Assembly: GCA_020891255.1 (NCBI GenBank) | Contig: BQFW01000006.1 | Coordinates: 186,001-250,000 of the forward strand | Origin: Entomortierella parvispora E1425 | Taxonomy: Eukaryota; Fungi; Mortierellomycota | DNA length: 64,000 bases | Direction: 5' to 3' | Part shown: one piece after another, positions 11,111-21,586 of the stretch | Numbering within the stretch: position 1 is the first letter of the stretch | Layout of the letters: every line of letters begins with the position of its first letter | The notes under the pieces: model-generated | The model's database searches: none | The model's input: only the letters and a program-made list of their open reading frames with translations | What the model was told of the DNA's origin: nothing | Made by a program: the position numbers and the translations under genes

Positions 11111-12366
11111 GAGTCTGTTAATGTCCTTTGGAGAAAGGAGCATTCCTCGGTGGAATCAAGCGAAGAATCCCATCCCGATGATTCTGATCGGAATCAAGAA
11201 CGCTCGAACGATGCAGAGGATAGTGATAATGGTCCTTCAGACTCCTCAGCACCGCAGGCAAGCGTCAATGGGTCACCTACAACAGAGGATAGAGATAATG
11301 GTCCTCCAGACTCTACAGCACCCCCAAAGGCAAGCGAGGGTCGACATTTGATAGGGATTAGTGAAGTTGATGGCCTTGATCTACCAGAGTCGGATAAAGA
11401 ACTACCACGAGTTGACAGCGACGGAAGCGAGCCACAGAGTATGTCCCGTTATGGAAATATCAACGACAGGATAAAAAAGGAGGATGATGACTGGAGGGAC
11501 CAATACTGGGACAATGGCTCCCCCGATTCCGCCGATTCCCCTTGCGACATTAGCAGGAATCAAAGGCCTGGAGATGGCCATGGACGACCAGCCGGTAATG
11601 TAGATGATCATAGGAGGAACCAGCGCTCTAAGGACAGCCCTCGTATGGATCCACAAGGCCAATTGCAACCCAGCCACGGCCGACACCATACAAAGAGCCC
11701 AAGCGGGAGCAGGAGCAGCGGCTACAGCAGTAGGGAACAACGCCGTCGGAACCATTGCCATAAAAGGAGCCAAAGCAAGAGCAGCGACTACAGCAGTAGG
11801 GACCTACGCCATGGAGGCCGTCGTTATAGAAGGAGCAGAAGCAGGAGCAGAAGCAGCGACTACAGCAGTAGGAACCTGCACCGTGGAGGCCGTCGCTATA
11901 AAAGGAGCCGAAGCAGGAGCCGAAGCAGCGACTACAGCAGTAGGAGCGAACGCCGTGGGAGTCGTCGCCTCAAGAGGAGCACTCATAATAGGAACAGCCA
12001 AAGAAGCGACAGCTGTAGGGATCGACTGCTTAGGAGCCGACGCCGTAGGACCCGCCGGAATGGGAAGAGTCGAAACAGTGACTGCAGTAATAATTACAGC
12101 AGCGATTACAGCAGCAATTATAGCAGCGAATATAGCAATATGGACCGACAGCGCCGAAACCGATGTCATAACATTCAGCACCACAAGAACCAGCGTCACA
12201 TAAACCAACGCAGCCGGGACCGACATCATGGCTATAAACGAAGTTGGAGTCAAGAGCGTAGCTTCCCAGGCCATGTGGAGCAGCACCATTGGGATCGAGG
12301 CATCAGCAACGAAGCCAGAAATATGGGCAAACCCGACTTACCGGACGGAGACGAGCGTGATGATAG
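11111..12366 (+). CDS. Acidic then Arg/Ser-rich low-complexity exon, probably the N-terminal part of the Mutator polyprotein
   Basis: Acceptor ttttctttag at 11110 and an open frame of over 400 codons with (SSDYSSR...GGRRY.RSRSRSR)n repeats. It runs into the FAR1 frame via a one-base frameshift near 12365. Confidence 0.55.
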
Positions 12367-15311
12367 GGACATGTGGTCCCTGAGGTCGGCTCTATATTCC
12401 AAAGTCTGGATGAAGGAAGGTCACTGATCAAGTCATGGGCGGCCAAGGTCGGGTTTAAAGTCAGGAGCCGTGATTCAACTCTCTTGGGGCCTCACCAGTC
12501 AGGTATGAGTTTGCTCTCGTCATTCCTGTATTGTTTATTGGATTTTTGCTAATTTGTGTACGTTGTTGCTCGGGACATGTATAGTAAAGTTGGTCTGTTC
12601 TCTACAGGGCAACCATACTTCGCAAAAGGTCGATGATATAACGAAGCACCACAAGAAGCCGCTCTCGAAACGCTGCGACTGCCCTTTCTTCATTAACATG
12701 ACCAGCCCTCGCAAGATCTCTCCAAAGTGGCATATCACGAAGTTGCATGCAGAGCACAACGGGCATGAAATGAATCTTGATCTTGCACTATACGTGGAAC
12801 TTACTCCACCAATGCCTGCCGTTATTCAACGGTGTGCAACACTGGCTCACAGCATCAGGAAGACAATGGAGGATCTGGCTTACGACTTTCCCAACTGTAA
12901 TTTCAGCAAAACCGAGGTTCAGAGCCGACACAAAGCCTTTAGAAAAAAATCTGTACCTGCAAAAATATCTCAAAGTACCCAACTAGTCACCTTGTTGAAC
13001 CAGAAGTCTCTGTCGCTTGATACATTCGAGGGTTGGTACTACCAGACGAAATATGATTCCAAAGACCATCTACTCAACCTCATCTGGATGAGTCCTGATC
13101 AGAGGGAACTTTATCGACGCTATGGCGATGTGGTGGTAAACGACACGACATGCCAGACGAAACAGGCTGGGGATGAAATCGAATTGCTCTGTGGTTATCG
13201 ACTCCATGTTCAAGACTCGTCTGGTCGCTTGTGCATTAACCCGCCAAGAACTGGTAGTCGATTATCTTTGGATCTTGACCAATTTAAGATTGGGTAGTGG
13301 GGGCCATGTACCGAAGGTTATCATGGTGGACGAGGATCCTTCTATGGACGTCGCGTGTCCCGAGGCTTTCAAGCAAACTCATGTCGTGAACTGCGTCTGG
13401 CGCATTAACAAGAACATCTCCACTCGTTTGAGACGCCCCTTGGGTGATGAGCGATTCAAGATATTCATGCAGTTCTTCAGCGATGCGCGAGAGGCTCTTA
13501 CCCCATGCGCATTTGAAGTCATATGGGCTCAGTTGACGGCTCATTGTGATGATCCGGCAGCGCAAGGGATTGGAACGCAGGAGAAGGTTCGCAAGTACGT
13601 TGCGAGACTCTATGCGCGACGATGTCATTGAGCAGGGCCATGGGTTCTAGCATCCTTTACAGCAGGCATGAGGTCGACACAGCGAGTGGAGATGACACAC
13701 AACCTCATCAAGATGATGAATGTGAATAGCAATACTTCACTTGTCGACCTCTTTTCCGCAATCAGCACGAAAATACGAAATGAGATGTTTAGCTTGAAGA
13801 CTTCGGCCAGGGATCTGCCGGAAATACCACATTCCATGTCTATAAAGTTGTTTGGCTCTGCTCTCCGGGTGAACCGACAATTCCTCGACAAATTTGCCCA
13901 AAATCAGATGAAGCTCGAAGTGGATTTTTCTTTTGGGCATCGTCATGTCCCTGTTGACATTGCTGATGTCATGAACAAACGCGGCGACGTCAATGCCGGG
14001 CCGGTAAGTACCATCATGAGAAGAGCCTTCTGCGTTTTAAGAGTCAAACTAATCGTATTTACTCATCCTCTGAAATACGCCGTAGGCAAGAGTGACACGG
14101 GACGCTGCTCGGCTGGATTCTGTGTTCGCTTTAGTATCGAATATACAAGTGGACGTGGTAGATTCTGTCTTCAAAGTTTGGGACACGTCAACGGACGGAT
14201 ATTATTCTGAGTACGTTGTCCTATTTCTCGACAGCTCGTACTTTTGCACATGCGCTATGTTACAAAACAAAGGAATAGTTTGTCGCCACTTCTTTTGGAT
14301 GATGCAAGAGGACCATCGATTCATGTACCACATTCGGTTTATCCTTAGACGATGGTTCCAGGAAGAAATGCAGCAGGGCGCTATCACTGACGACAAGATC
14401 AAAGGACTCCCTTTTATCACAGCGGGCACCTACCGAGACCTTCCATCAGAAGAGAATCGCACAGCCGTAGGAAAGGATCGTTCATCCAATGGAATGTATC
14501 GTTCAGTCATTGGAACGAATCGTCCAGCCATTGGAAAGGATCGTCCGGCTAATGGAAAGGATCGTCCAGCCATTGGAAAGGATCGTCCAGCCACTGGAAA
14601 GGATCGTCCAGCCACTGGAAAGGATCGTAGCCAGTGGAGAGGACCGCCCAGCCAGCGGAGAGGACCGCCTAGCCAGCGGAAAGGATCAGCTCACTGACGG
14701 TTACATGAGCACCTCCCAAAAATTCTTTCCCCCGCAACCAGTATATCCACCCAGGACAGAAGGAGAAGTTTGGAAAGAAGCGCTTTAGCACAGTCATGGC
14801 GATGTCCAAGCAAGTCGCCGAGGGCTTGAAATATGTGCCAGATGAGGAGTATCAAGGCATGCTGGGAATAGTGGGCATGGTTAAGCAATTGGCGAACAGC
14901 TTGTCGCAAGGAACGATGGGTTTCACTTTGGAAGATATGACTGCAACCCGCGATCATCTACAGAAACTTCACGACGGGCCAAACAATGTCACTAATGGGG
15001 ATGAGGGCAGAGATATCGACATCGATGAAATCCATGCAATCTCGGATATATTCAATGGCATCCCTCCTTCAAACATTAGCGACGGCGAGATACCAAAAGC
15101 GATAGGCCGACCAAAGTTCACTCGACTCAAAGCGTCGTATGAGTCCAAACGCAGTCGACCAAAAGAACAAGCGACATCATCAACAGAGCAACCAAAGAGG
15201 CGGGCCAAGGGCACAGAGCAACCAAAACGGCTAGCCAAGGGTACAGAGCCAAGGCCACCGACAGCTGCACCCGCTCTTGTCAGTAAATGGAGTCGGCGCC
15301 CAATCCACTAA
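12367..15311 (+). mobile_element. Mutator (MULE) transposase pseudogene: FAR1 domain, MULE DDE domain, SWIM zinc finger, C-terminal tail
   Basis: PEVGSIFQSLDEGRSLIKSWAAKVGFKVR; intron 12503-12584; C..CPF..W.ITKLHAEHNGH; DTTCQT/(N)RLGM...VID..FKTRLVACAL..E...VDED...CVW(R)INKN; FTAGMRSTQRVE; YFCTC...GIVCRH. Lesions: frameshift near 13160, TGA at 13629-13631 in place of Trp, frameshifts near 14630 and 14770. Confidence 0.9.
14465..14690 (+). repeat. 21-bp tandem repeat (GKDRPA(T/I/N) heptapeptide, about 10 units) in the transposase C-terminal region
   Basis: ggaaaggatcgtccagcca(t/c)t repeated. One unit is 2 nt short and shifts the frame. Confidence 0.9.
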
Positions 15312-15639
15312 GGCTAATTCTGAGCCAAAAAATGTCAGATGGACAGAACCTAAGACGACACTTGACTTTGCCCCAAGAGAACAATGACTCTATAGAAAGT
15401 GTAGTGTGACATTGCTGAGAAGAAGAGCTGGGAAACATACAAAGTATTTTTATTTAAAGCACCGCCGGTATTGGGTGTCTGGACGCTGTCATGAGGAGAC
15501 TTTCAATCATCGATGGAAGAAGTGGTGTATCTTCATTCAAGGTCTTCTATCCAACTTCGTGTCAGAGACACTGTAAAAGGTAGTCAGCTCAAAAAATATA
15601 GAGCCGAGGTCAAATCATGTGGGAGTGACCTTCAAAATT

Positions 15640-15861
15640 GTTACGGGCGAGTAAAATTTATCGCAGTGATACACTTGACGTGGAAGGAAGAATTTCTCGG
15701 ATGAAAATTATTACAGGGGCAAGCAATGGTTGTGAAGATTTTTTGGGTAGGAATTATTACGGGAGGATATCATGTCAAGGTTCGTTTCACAGAAAATCTG
15801 ACGGGCGAGTGCCGAGAATTTTTACTGGGGCGGAACCATTGATTTTGACGGGGGGACTAAG
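15640..15861. repeat. Probable right terminus of the Mutator element, with subterminal (T/G)ACGGG motifs
   Basis: Repeated ttacgggcgagt, ttacgggagg, tgacgggcgagt and ttgacgggggg, ending just before the LHS1 duplicate. No matching left TIR was found in the window. Confidence 0.4.
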
Positions 15862-15874
15862 AATTCTTTAGTTG

Positions 15875-16582
15875 CTTTAATCCGATCTGATTCGACTTTA
15901 ACAGAGGTCGTCATCCGCAAAAAAACCTCGTCGTCCTCATTACCATCCTCGACACCCAAGGCATCTGCATCTGCATCTGCATCTGCTAGAGCCCCCTTTG
16001 TATGGTACCGGTTTCATTTTATTCTAGATTTTTTTTGCTTGCGAGCCGATCTACAGCTCGTCCTTGGTATGCTTGGGAGTATCGCGTTGCTGCTCCTTCT
16101 TCTCCTCCTTCTGCTCCTGCTCCTTCTCCTCCACGGGCTCCTTCTCAACAGGGGCCTCCTCCTCAGGGGCAGCCTCCTCAGGGGCCGACTCGGACGAGGG
16201 CTCGGATTCACCCTCAGCCTTCTTCTCGGTCTGCTCAGGCTTCTCTGTCGAGTTGTTCTCCTTCTCCTTCTTGGTCACCTTGGGCTTCTTCTTGCTCATC
16301 AAGCGGTGCATTTCCCGCTCAACAGGGTTGCCGCGCAACTGGATCTCGCGTGCCGTCACAACGCCATCCTGCCAGAGAGCAAGCTTCTCCTGAGCAGCCT
16401 CCTTCTCCTTCATCCAGGCCAATACATCGTCGCAGGCATCAAACAACTTTTGAACATCGGCGGGCTCGTGGAAGGCTCCCTCGCCAGGCAAGAGGTGCTC
16501 GCCGACAGTATGGGCCCTGGTCACGGAGGAGCGGTGAGTCTCAAAGGCCTTGGGACTCGAGATACGCTTGGTAACACGGACA
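15875..16582 (-). pseudogene. Duplicated 3' end (about 178 codons, KDEL stop and 3' flank) of the LHS1/Grp170 gene
   Basis: Direct repeat of 21417-22117. The frame is open to ...PKHTKDEL* but has no ATG, signal peptide or ATPase domain. Confidence 0.9.
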
Positions 16583-16869
16583 GCCACGCTTGATGAACGT
16601 TGTTGAGAAGGAAATATGAGAATATGAGGTGTGTAGAGAGGGAAAAGTCAAAAGAAACATCGCCAAGATGAAGAAGAGAAGGAAATAGATGCGCTGATGA
16701 TGGAACATGAGAGTTGATTAGTCTGACAGTACAATAGAGGGAAGAGTACTGCACGATGTGAAGGAGGAGAAGGCTCCATCAGAAAGAGAAACATTCACTC
16801 CCCCCCCCCCAATGACAAGCTGCAACTGGATACATTTATTGGCCGATCAACACCATTGACGTCAATATT

Positions 16870-17334
16870 TTAGGCTTCCTTGGGGTACAATTCTTGTAAG
16901 GTCGCCTGAAGATGTTCATTAAACTTGGATCCACTTCCAGCAAACCTGACTTCACCATCGACCACCAACACAATACAGGGAAGAGCGACGTACTCGGTCT
17001 TACGGAAGACCTCTAGAGTATAAGAGAAAGGGCAATGGAATGCTCATCAGTTGTAGAAATGAAAATCGCGGAACGAGAGTTCAAAAAGAAGTCAAGATGA
17101 TAAACTTACCGTCTCTAATGTACTCGTCAACATTGTCGACATAAAGTGAATAACGAAAGTTTTCCTTTTTTGTATTGATGAACTCCTTCACGCCCTTCAA
17201 GCCCATCATTAGAGGATGGCGACCAAGCATCCCTTCATTGTTGATACCAATGATTGCTACCTGCCCCGTGAGTTTCTCTGAAAGATCCGAAAGCTCTAGA
17301 CCAAGGCTGATGCATGGCCCGCACCTACGATGAC

Positions 17335-17378
<44 letters not shown>

Positions 17379-17863
17379 ACGAGGGGAGGGGAAAGGAGGG
17401 CAGGGAGTTAGTGTTCCGATGTTTCCTCCTCTCAGAAAAAAAAGCAAAAAAGAAGTAGAGGGTCTCCTTACCAGGAAGCCCAGAAGTCAAGGAGAACAAT
17501 ACGCTCTTTGCCCTCGTACTTTGGTCCTCCAACATGATGGATGGCCCCAAGAACAGAAACCACATCAATCCTTGCCCCGGTATAGGGACTCACCCAACCC
17601 GGTCGTAAACAGGCTGGAGGACCGGCCTTGAGAGAGTCCCGGATTTTTTCAAATGTCTCTCTGTGTTGGTAAGACTTTAAACGTTCTAATGGGTCGTCAT
17701 ATCCAATTTCCTTGACCTGGGCCTTGAATACCTCGACGGCAGCCCAGAACGGTTCCTCTTGCCATTTATCGTCGTACTGGTCTTTAAAAGGGCGGTGGAG
17801 GGTCTCTAGATAGAAGTTGTTGAACTGCTCTTCTTTGGTGAGGGGGGTGTCCTGGGTGGTCAT
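16870..17863 (-). CDS. TlpA/redoxin-family thioredoxin-like protein with a WCGPC active site and an N-terminal extension of about 120 aa (249 aa, no signal peptide seen)
   Basis: Exons 17863-17472, 17324-17110, 17012-16870 splice in phase to give IVLLDFWASW|CGPCISLG...VAIIGINNE...LPCIVLVVDGEVRFAG. Confidence 0.88.
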
Positions 17864-20009
17864 GGTGTTGGGTTGTTTGGAATCAAAGTGGGGGACGGTG
17901 GGAGATTTTTATCACAAAAAATAAGAGAGATATTGAGTTTGGTTCGAGGTGCCCGGGTCAGGTCAGCGATCGACTTGGAAGAGAATGCCTGTTTCTGCAA
18001 CTTTTGTCCAGCAGGTGAATCATCTATATTGAGAAGTGGAGCAGTATTTTTTTGTGTTCATTATCGCTGTGTTACACCCGCCAGAGGAAAACACGGACGG
18101 ATAAACAGACAACATTCTGCGCCATACATGTACATGCACATGTACTTTCCAAAAGACACAGGAAATGGCAATGGCAAGCGCCATTGAACCAATTGCAATG
18201 CGTGTTTCCAACGATCTTTTCCATACCTTACATTCGATATCTCAAAAAATGTAGAGGCGTGTGGACAAAAGCATAGCTCTTGTGTTCAGGGTCGCGGCTC
18301 GGAATCAGATGCCGAAAGGATAAGTGCTCTCTATCAATTGCTCAACCCAGCAGAGCAACAGAGGGATGACAAGCACCACTAAACTGACCGCGTTTACGTT
18401 GATCTCTTCCCATCGTTTGCGGAGGCATGTGGATCGTCCAAGCAACGAGGCATTTTATTTTGTGTCCATTGATGCTGTGTGGCACCTGGGAAATGGGTCG
18501 AACCCACTTTCAAAGGATAAAGTTGGGACCAACATCAGGGCAAAGAGCAAAATGCAGACGCGACTATTCGTGTCATCTGCCTGCTCCTGCTATGAACAGA
18601 TTGAACTGAAGGAACTGTCCGTTAAGAGACACGCCCAATGCTCAACCGAAAGGGCGTTTTTTTTTGTTTGGATGGACGGTTGAACTGTAATTGCAAAGCT
18701 GTGCGACCTTGGCATCGCGAGTCCTGTTCCTTGGATCAAATCCATTGTCACGTACCGCGCCCAATCATGGTCTTGCCTGGTCCTCTGCTCACAACTCACA
18801 CAAATCACAATGGACTCTCTACAGTACCGTTCTGCTGGACAGCCGAAAAGACCACTGTGCTACGCGACATTGGCGGCCGACCAAAAATCAAATGAGAATC
18901 AGACGGCAAATAAGAGAGCGTCGGGCGACAAAGAAGAGAATCGAACAGCAAGCAAGGGGCTGTTAGAGTGGACGACAAGTAGACACCTACGCGTCTGGTG
19001 GAATCATTCGGGTGCCCGTTGTCCATTGTAAACCGAAGAGTCTTCTTTTCGTCATCCGGACCGATCCTGCTTGCCTATCGTCCAGTGCTCTTGTTTGTCG
19101 TCCGATGTTCTCCTATCCGGCTTCCCCTTTCTATTGGCGCTTCTGTACATGCGCATGTACTTTCTTGCCAAAGAACTTAAATTCGTGGAAAAGGCACGAT
19201 CAAAAGGATGGGTGAGGGTGAGCACAATGCCGCTGGAATTTTTTTGCCATTTTGATCTCAAAAACACAACATGCACGCAACAAGGAGAGCAACACAGCAC
19301 AATTGCCTGCAAATGTTCCCCATGGCGTGATGATTAAGGTTCTACCAGTGGTGGGGGCGGTCCTCAAGCATGAACGCGTCTATTGTTAACGTCGCCTCAC
19401 TGGTCCCACACGCGTTCTGACCCCTGTGTCTTGTCAAGTGCTCTTATTTGTTATCTCTTTGTGTCCAATGGTCTTTGCTTCCCATTCAAACGAAACACAA
19501 CGCCTCGCTGTTTGACTACTGTAGGGTGTCCATTGCAAACTCTGATCCCAATTTGTGCTCATTCCTGTCCAACAGCCTGGCCCTCGGTTTGACCTGATCA
19601 GTTCCCGAGAAAAACAGGTTTACCAATAGGCTGTTCTCGGTGCTGACTTTACCCCAGAGATTTGCCCCAAGGCATCAACAAACACGCGCTGTCGGGCAGG
19701 ACGACAAGCAGACATTGTCCTCCCGTTGGCTGAATGTTTTTGTTTGTTATTTGTGCTGTGGTTTATGTATAGATACTGTATACTGTCCAGCAGTGCTCTG
19801 TGTACCTGTTATGTCTTCTGGTCGCCTGTGCATTGTACATGTAGGCTGTGTCTTGTGTTTCGCGTTATTTTGTATTGTATCTTTGCGCCTTTGTTTCGAT
19901 TTCGTTTTTTTTTTTTTTTTTTTTTTTGGGCGCCATTTCATCCAAGGCCTACGCTCATGCAAAACTTCTATGGAACGTCAGCATGGGTGTTGGCGACTTA
20001 CTCGTCAAG

Positions 20010-20236
20010 TATAAAAGCCTGGCCCGCTCCTCTCCAATTTTTGATTCCTCAGTAACACAACTCCCCCCTTCCCCAATACACCAAGAATCCCCACCAAGAT
20101 CACTCCATCTTGAATACCTAAGTCTTGTAAGTCTATATGCAGTATTGAGGATCGCTTTCACTCAATGGATCAGACTATTATACGACCAACAACTAACTAA
20201 AGTCCAACATGCTCCTATCATCGCATTCATTTTTAG
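20010..20236 (+). promoter_or_regulatory. TATA box (20010-20017) and 5'-UTR intron (20127-20236) of the repeat-peptide precursor gene
   Basis: TATAAAAG; GTAAGT donor, ACTAAC branch point, and tttttAG acceptor 5 nt before the ATG at 20242. Confidence 0.6.
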
Positions 20237-20241
20237 AGAAG

Positions 20242-21030
20242 ATGAAATTTTTATCGATTACCGGCGCCGTCGCGATTGCCTATCTTGCCGTGGCTTTTGC
20301 GCGACCTTCCTTTGAAGGAAAGCCTCTTTCCAAGAGAGGGTTCAGGTGCAATGATCCTCCAGAGTGCACAAGCTTTACCCATTACCCGGATGGCACTGTG
20401 CATGAAGGCGAGCTCTCCAAGAGAGGATTCAGATGCGATAACCCCCCAGAGTGCACCAGTTTCTCTCATTACCCCGACGAGGCTGTCCACGAGGGTGAGC
20501 TCTCCAAGAGAGGGTTCAGATGCGATAATCCCCCAGAGTGCACAAGCTTTACCCATTACCCGGATGGCACTGTGCATGAAGGCGAGCTCTCCAAGAGAGG
20601 GTACAGATGCGAGGATCCCCCAGCGTGCAACAGCTTCTCTCATTACCCCGACGCGGCTGTCCACGAGGGTGAGCTCTCCAAGAGAGGGTTCAGATGCGAT
20701 AATCCCCCAGAGTGCACAAGCTTTACCCATTACCCGGATGGCACTGTGCATGAAGGCGAGCTCTCCAAGAGAGGATACAGATGCGAGGATCCCCCAGCAT
20801 GCAACAGCTTCTCTCATTACCCCGACGCGGCTGTCCACGAGGGTGAGCTCTCCAAGAGAGGGTTCAGATGCGATAATCCCCCAGAGTGCACAAGCTTTAC
20901 CCATTACCCGGATGGCACTGTGCATGAAGGCGAGCTCTCCAAGAGAGGATACAGATGCGAGGATCCCCCAGCATGCAACAGCTTCTCTCATTACCCAGAT
21001 CCAACCTCTCACACAGATGGTTCTCTTTAG
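20242..21030 (+). CDS. Secreted Kex2-processed repeat protein (KEP): signal peptide plus 8 Cys-x5-Cys peptide repeats separated by KR (262 aa)
   Basis: MKFLSITGAVAIAYLAVAFA signal, RPSFEGKPLSKR pro-segment, then 29-aa (87-nt) units G(F/Y)RC(N/D/E)(D/N)PP(E/A)C(T/N)SF(T/S)HYPDxxVHEGELSKR; the last unit ends PTSHTDGSL*. Confidence 0.93.
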   Translation: MKFLSITGAVAIAYLAVAFARPSFEGKPLSKRGFRCNDPPECTSFTHYPDGTVHEGELSKRGFRCDNPPECTSFSHYPDEAVHEGELSKRGFRCDNPPECTSFTHYPDGTVHEGELSKRGYRCEDPPACNSFSHYPDAAVHEGELSKRGFRCDNPPECTSFTHYPDGTVHEGELSKRGYRCEDPPACNSFSHYPDAAVHEGELSKRGFRCDNPPECTSFTHYPDGTVHEGELSKRGYRCEDPPACNSFSHYPDPTSHTDGSL

Positions 21031-21586
21031 TTGGTCGAGTCATCGAACCTCACTCGTGCATATTACCTATCATATATTAGTTTAGATAGATATAAAGTGA
21101 CACCTGTTGAATTTGAACATGTTTTCCTTTTCTTGAGCTCGAGATAATGAGAGACAATGGACAGGTTCTGTGGAGAGTGCGGGAAGGTGGAAAGCCCATG
21201 TAAGACTTGAAGCAGACACAATCCATGCTTCCTTTGACCACATGTCAAACCGGGGGAAAAGATATATCGAAAGTTGTTAGTCTACCATTGACATTGACAC
21301 CTTTTGGCACCACTATTCGACATTCTACATTTGATCCAGGGTCGTTCCGACAACTTTGTCGCCCGATTCGACCAAGGATTCTTTGATTCGAATCACCGAC
21401 GGGTATTCGATCCGACCTTTGATCCGATTTGATTCGACTTTGACAGAGGTCGTCATCCGCAAAGAACCTCGTCGTCCTCGTTACGATCCTCGGCACCCAA
21501 GGCATCTGCTTCTGCATCTGCTGGAGCCCCTTTTGTATGGTACCGGTTCAATTTTATTCTAGATATTTTTTTGCTTGCGAGCCGAT

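Noticed and set aside
18200-19950. Searched for tailoring genes (DUF3328 HxxHC oxidase, peptidase, transporter) beside the peptide precursor
   Set aside because: Only short motif-less ORFs and weak TACATG-containing repeats were found; no supportable gene.
20335-21000. Regular repeat array resembling CRISPR at first glance
   Set aside because: The units are contiguous coding repeats without unique spacers, there are no cas genes, and the context is eukaryotic.
20251-21085. Long overlapping ORFs (253 aa on -, 269 aa on + in another frame) across the repeat-peptide gene
   Set aside because: Shadow frames of the 87-bp repeat. Only the 20242 frame has a signal peptide, KR sites and promoter/intron support.
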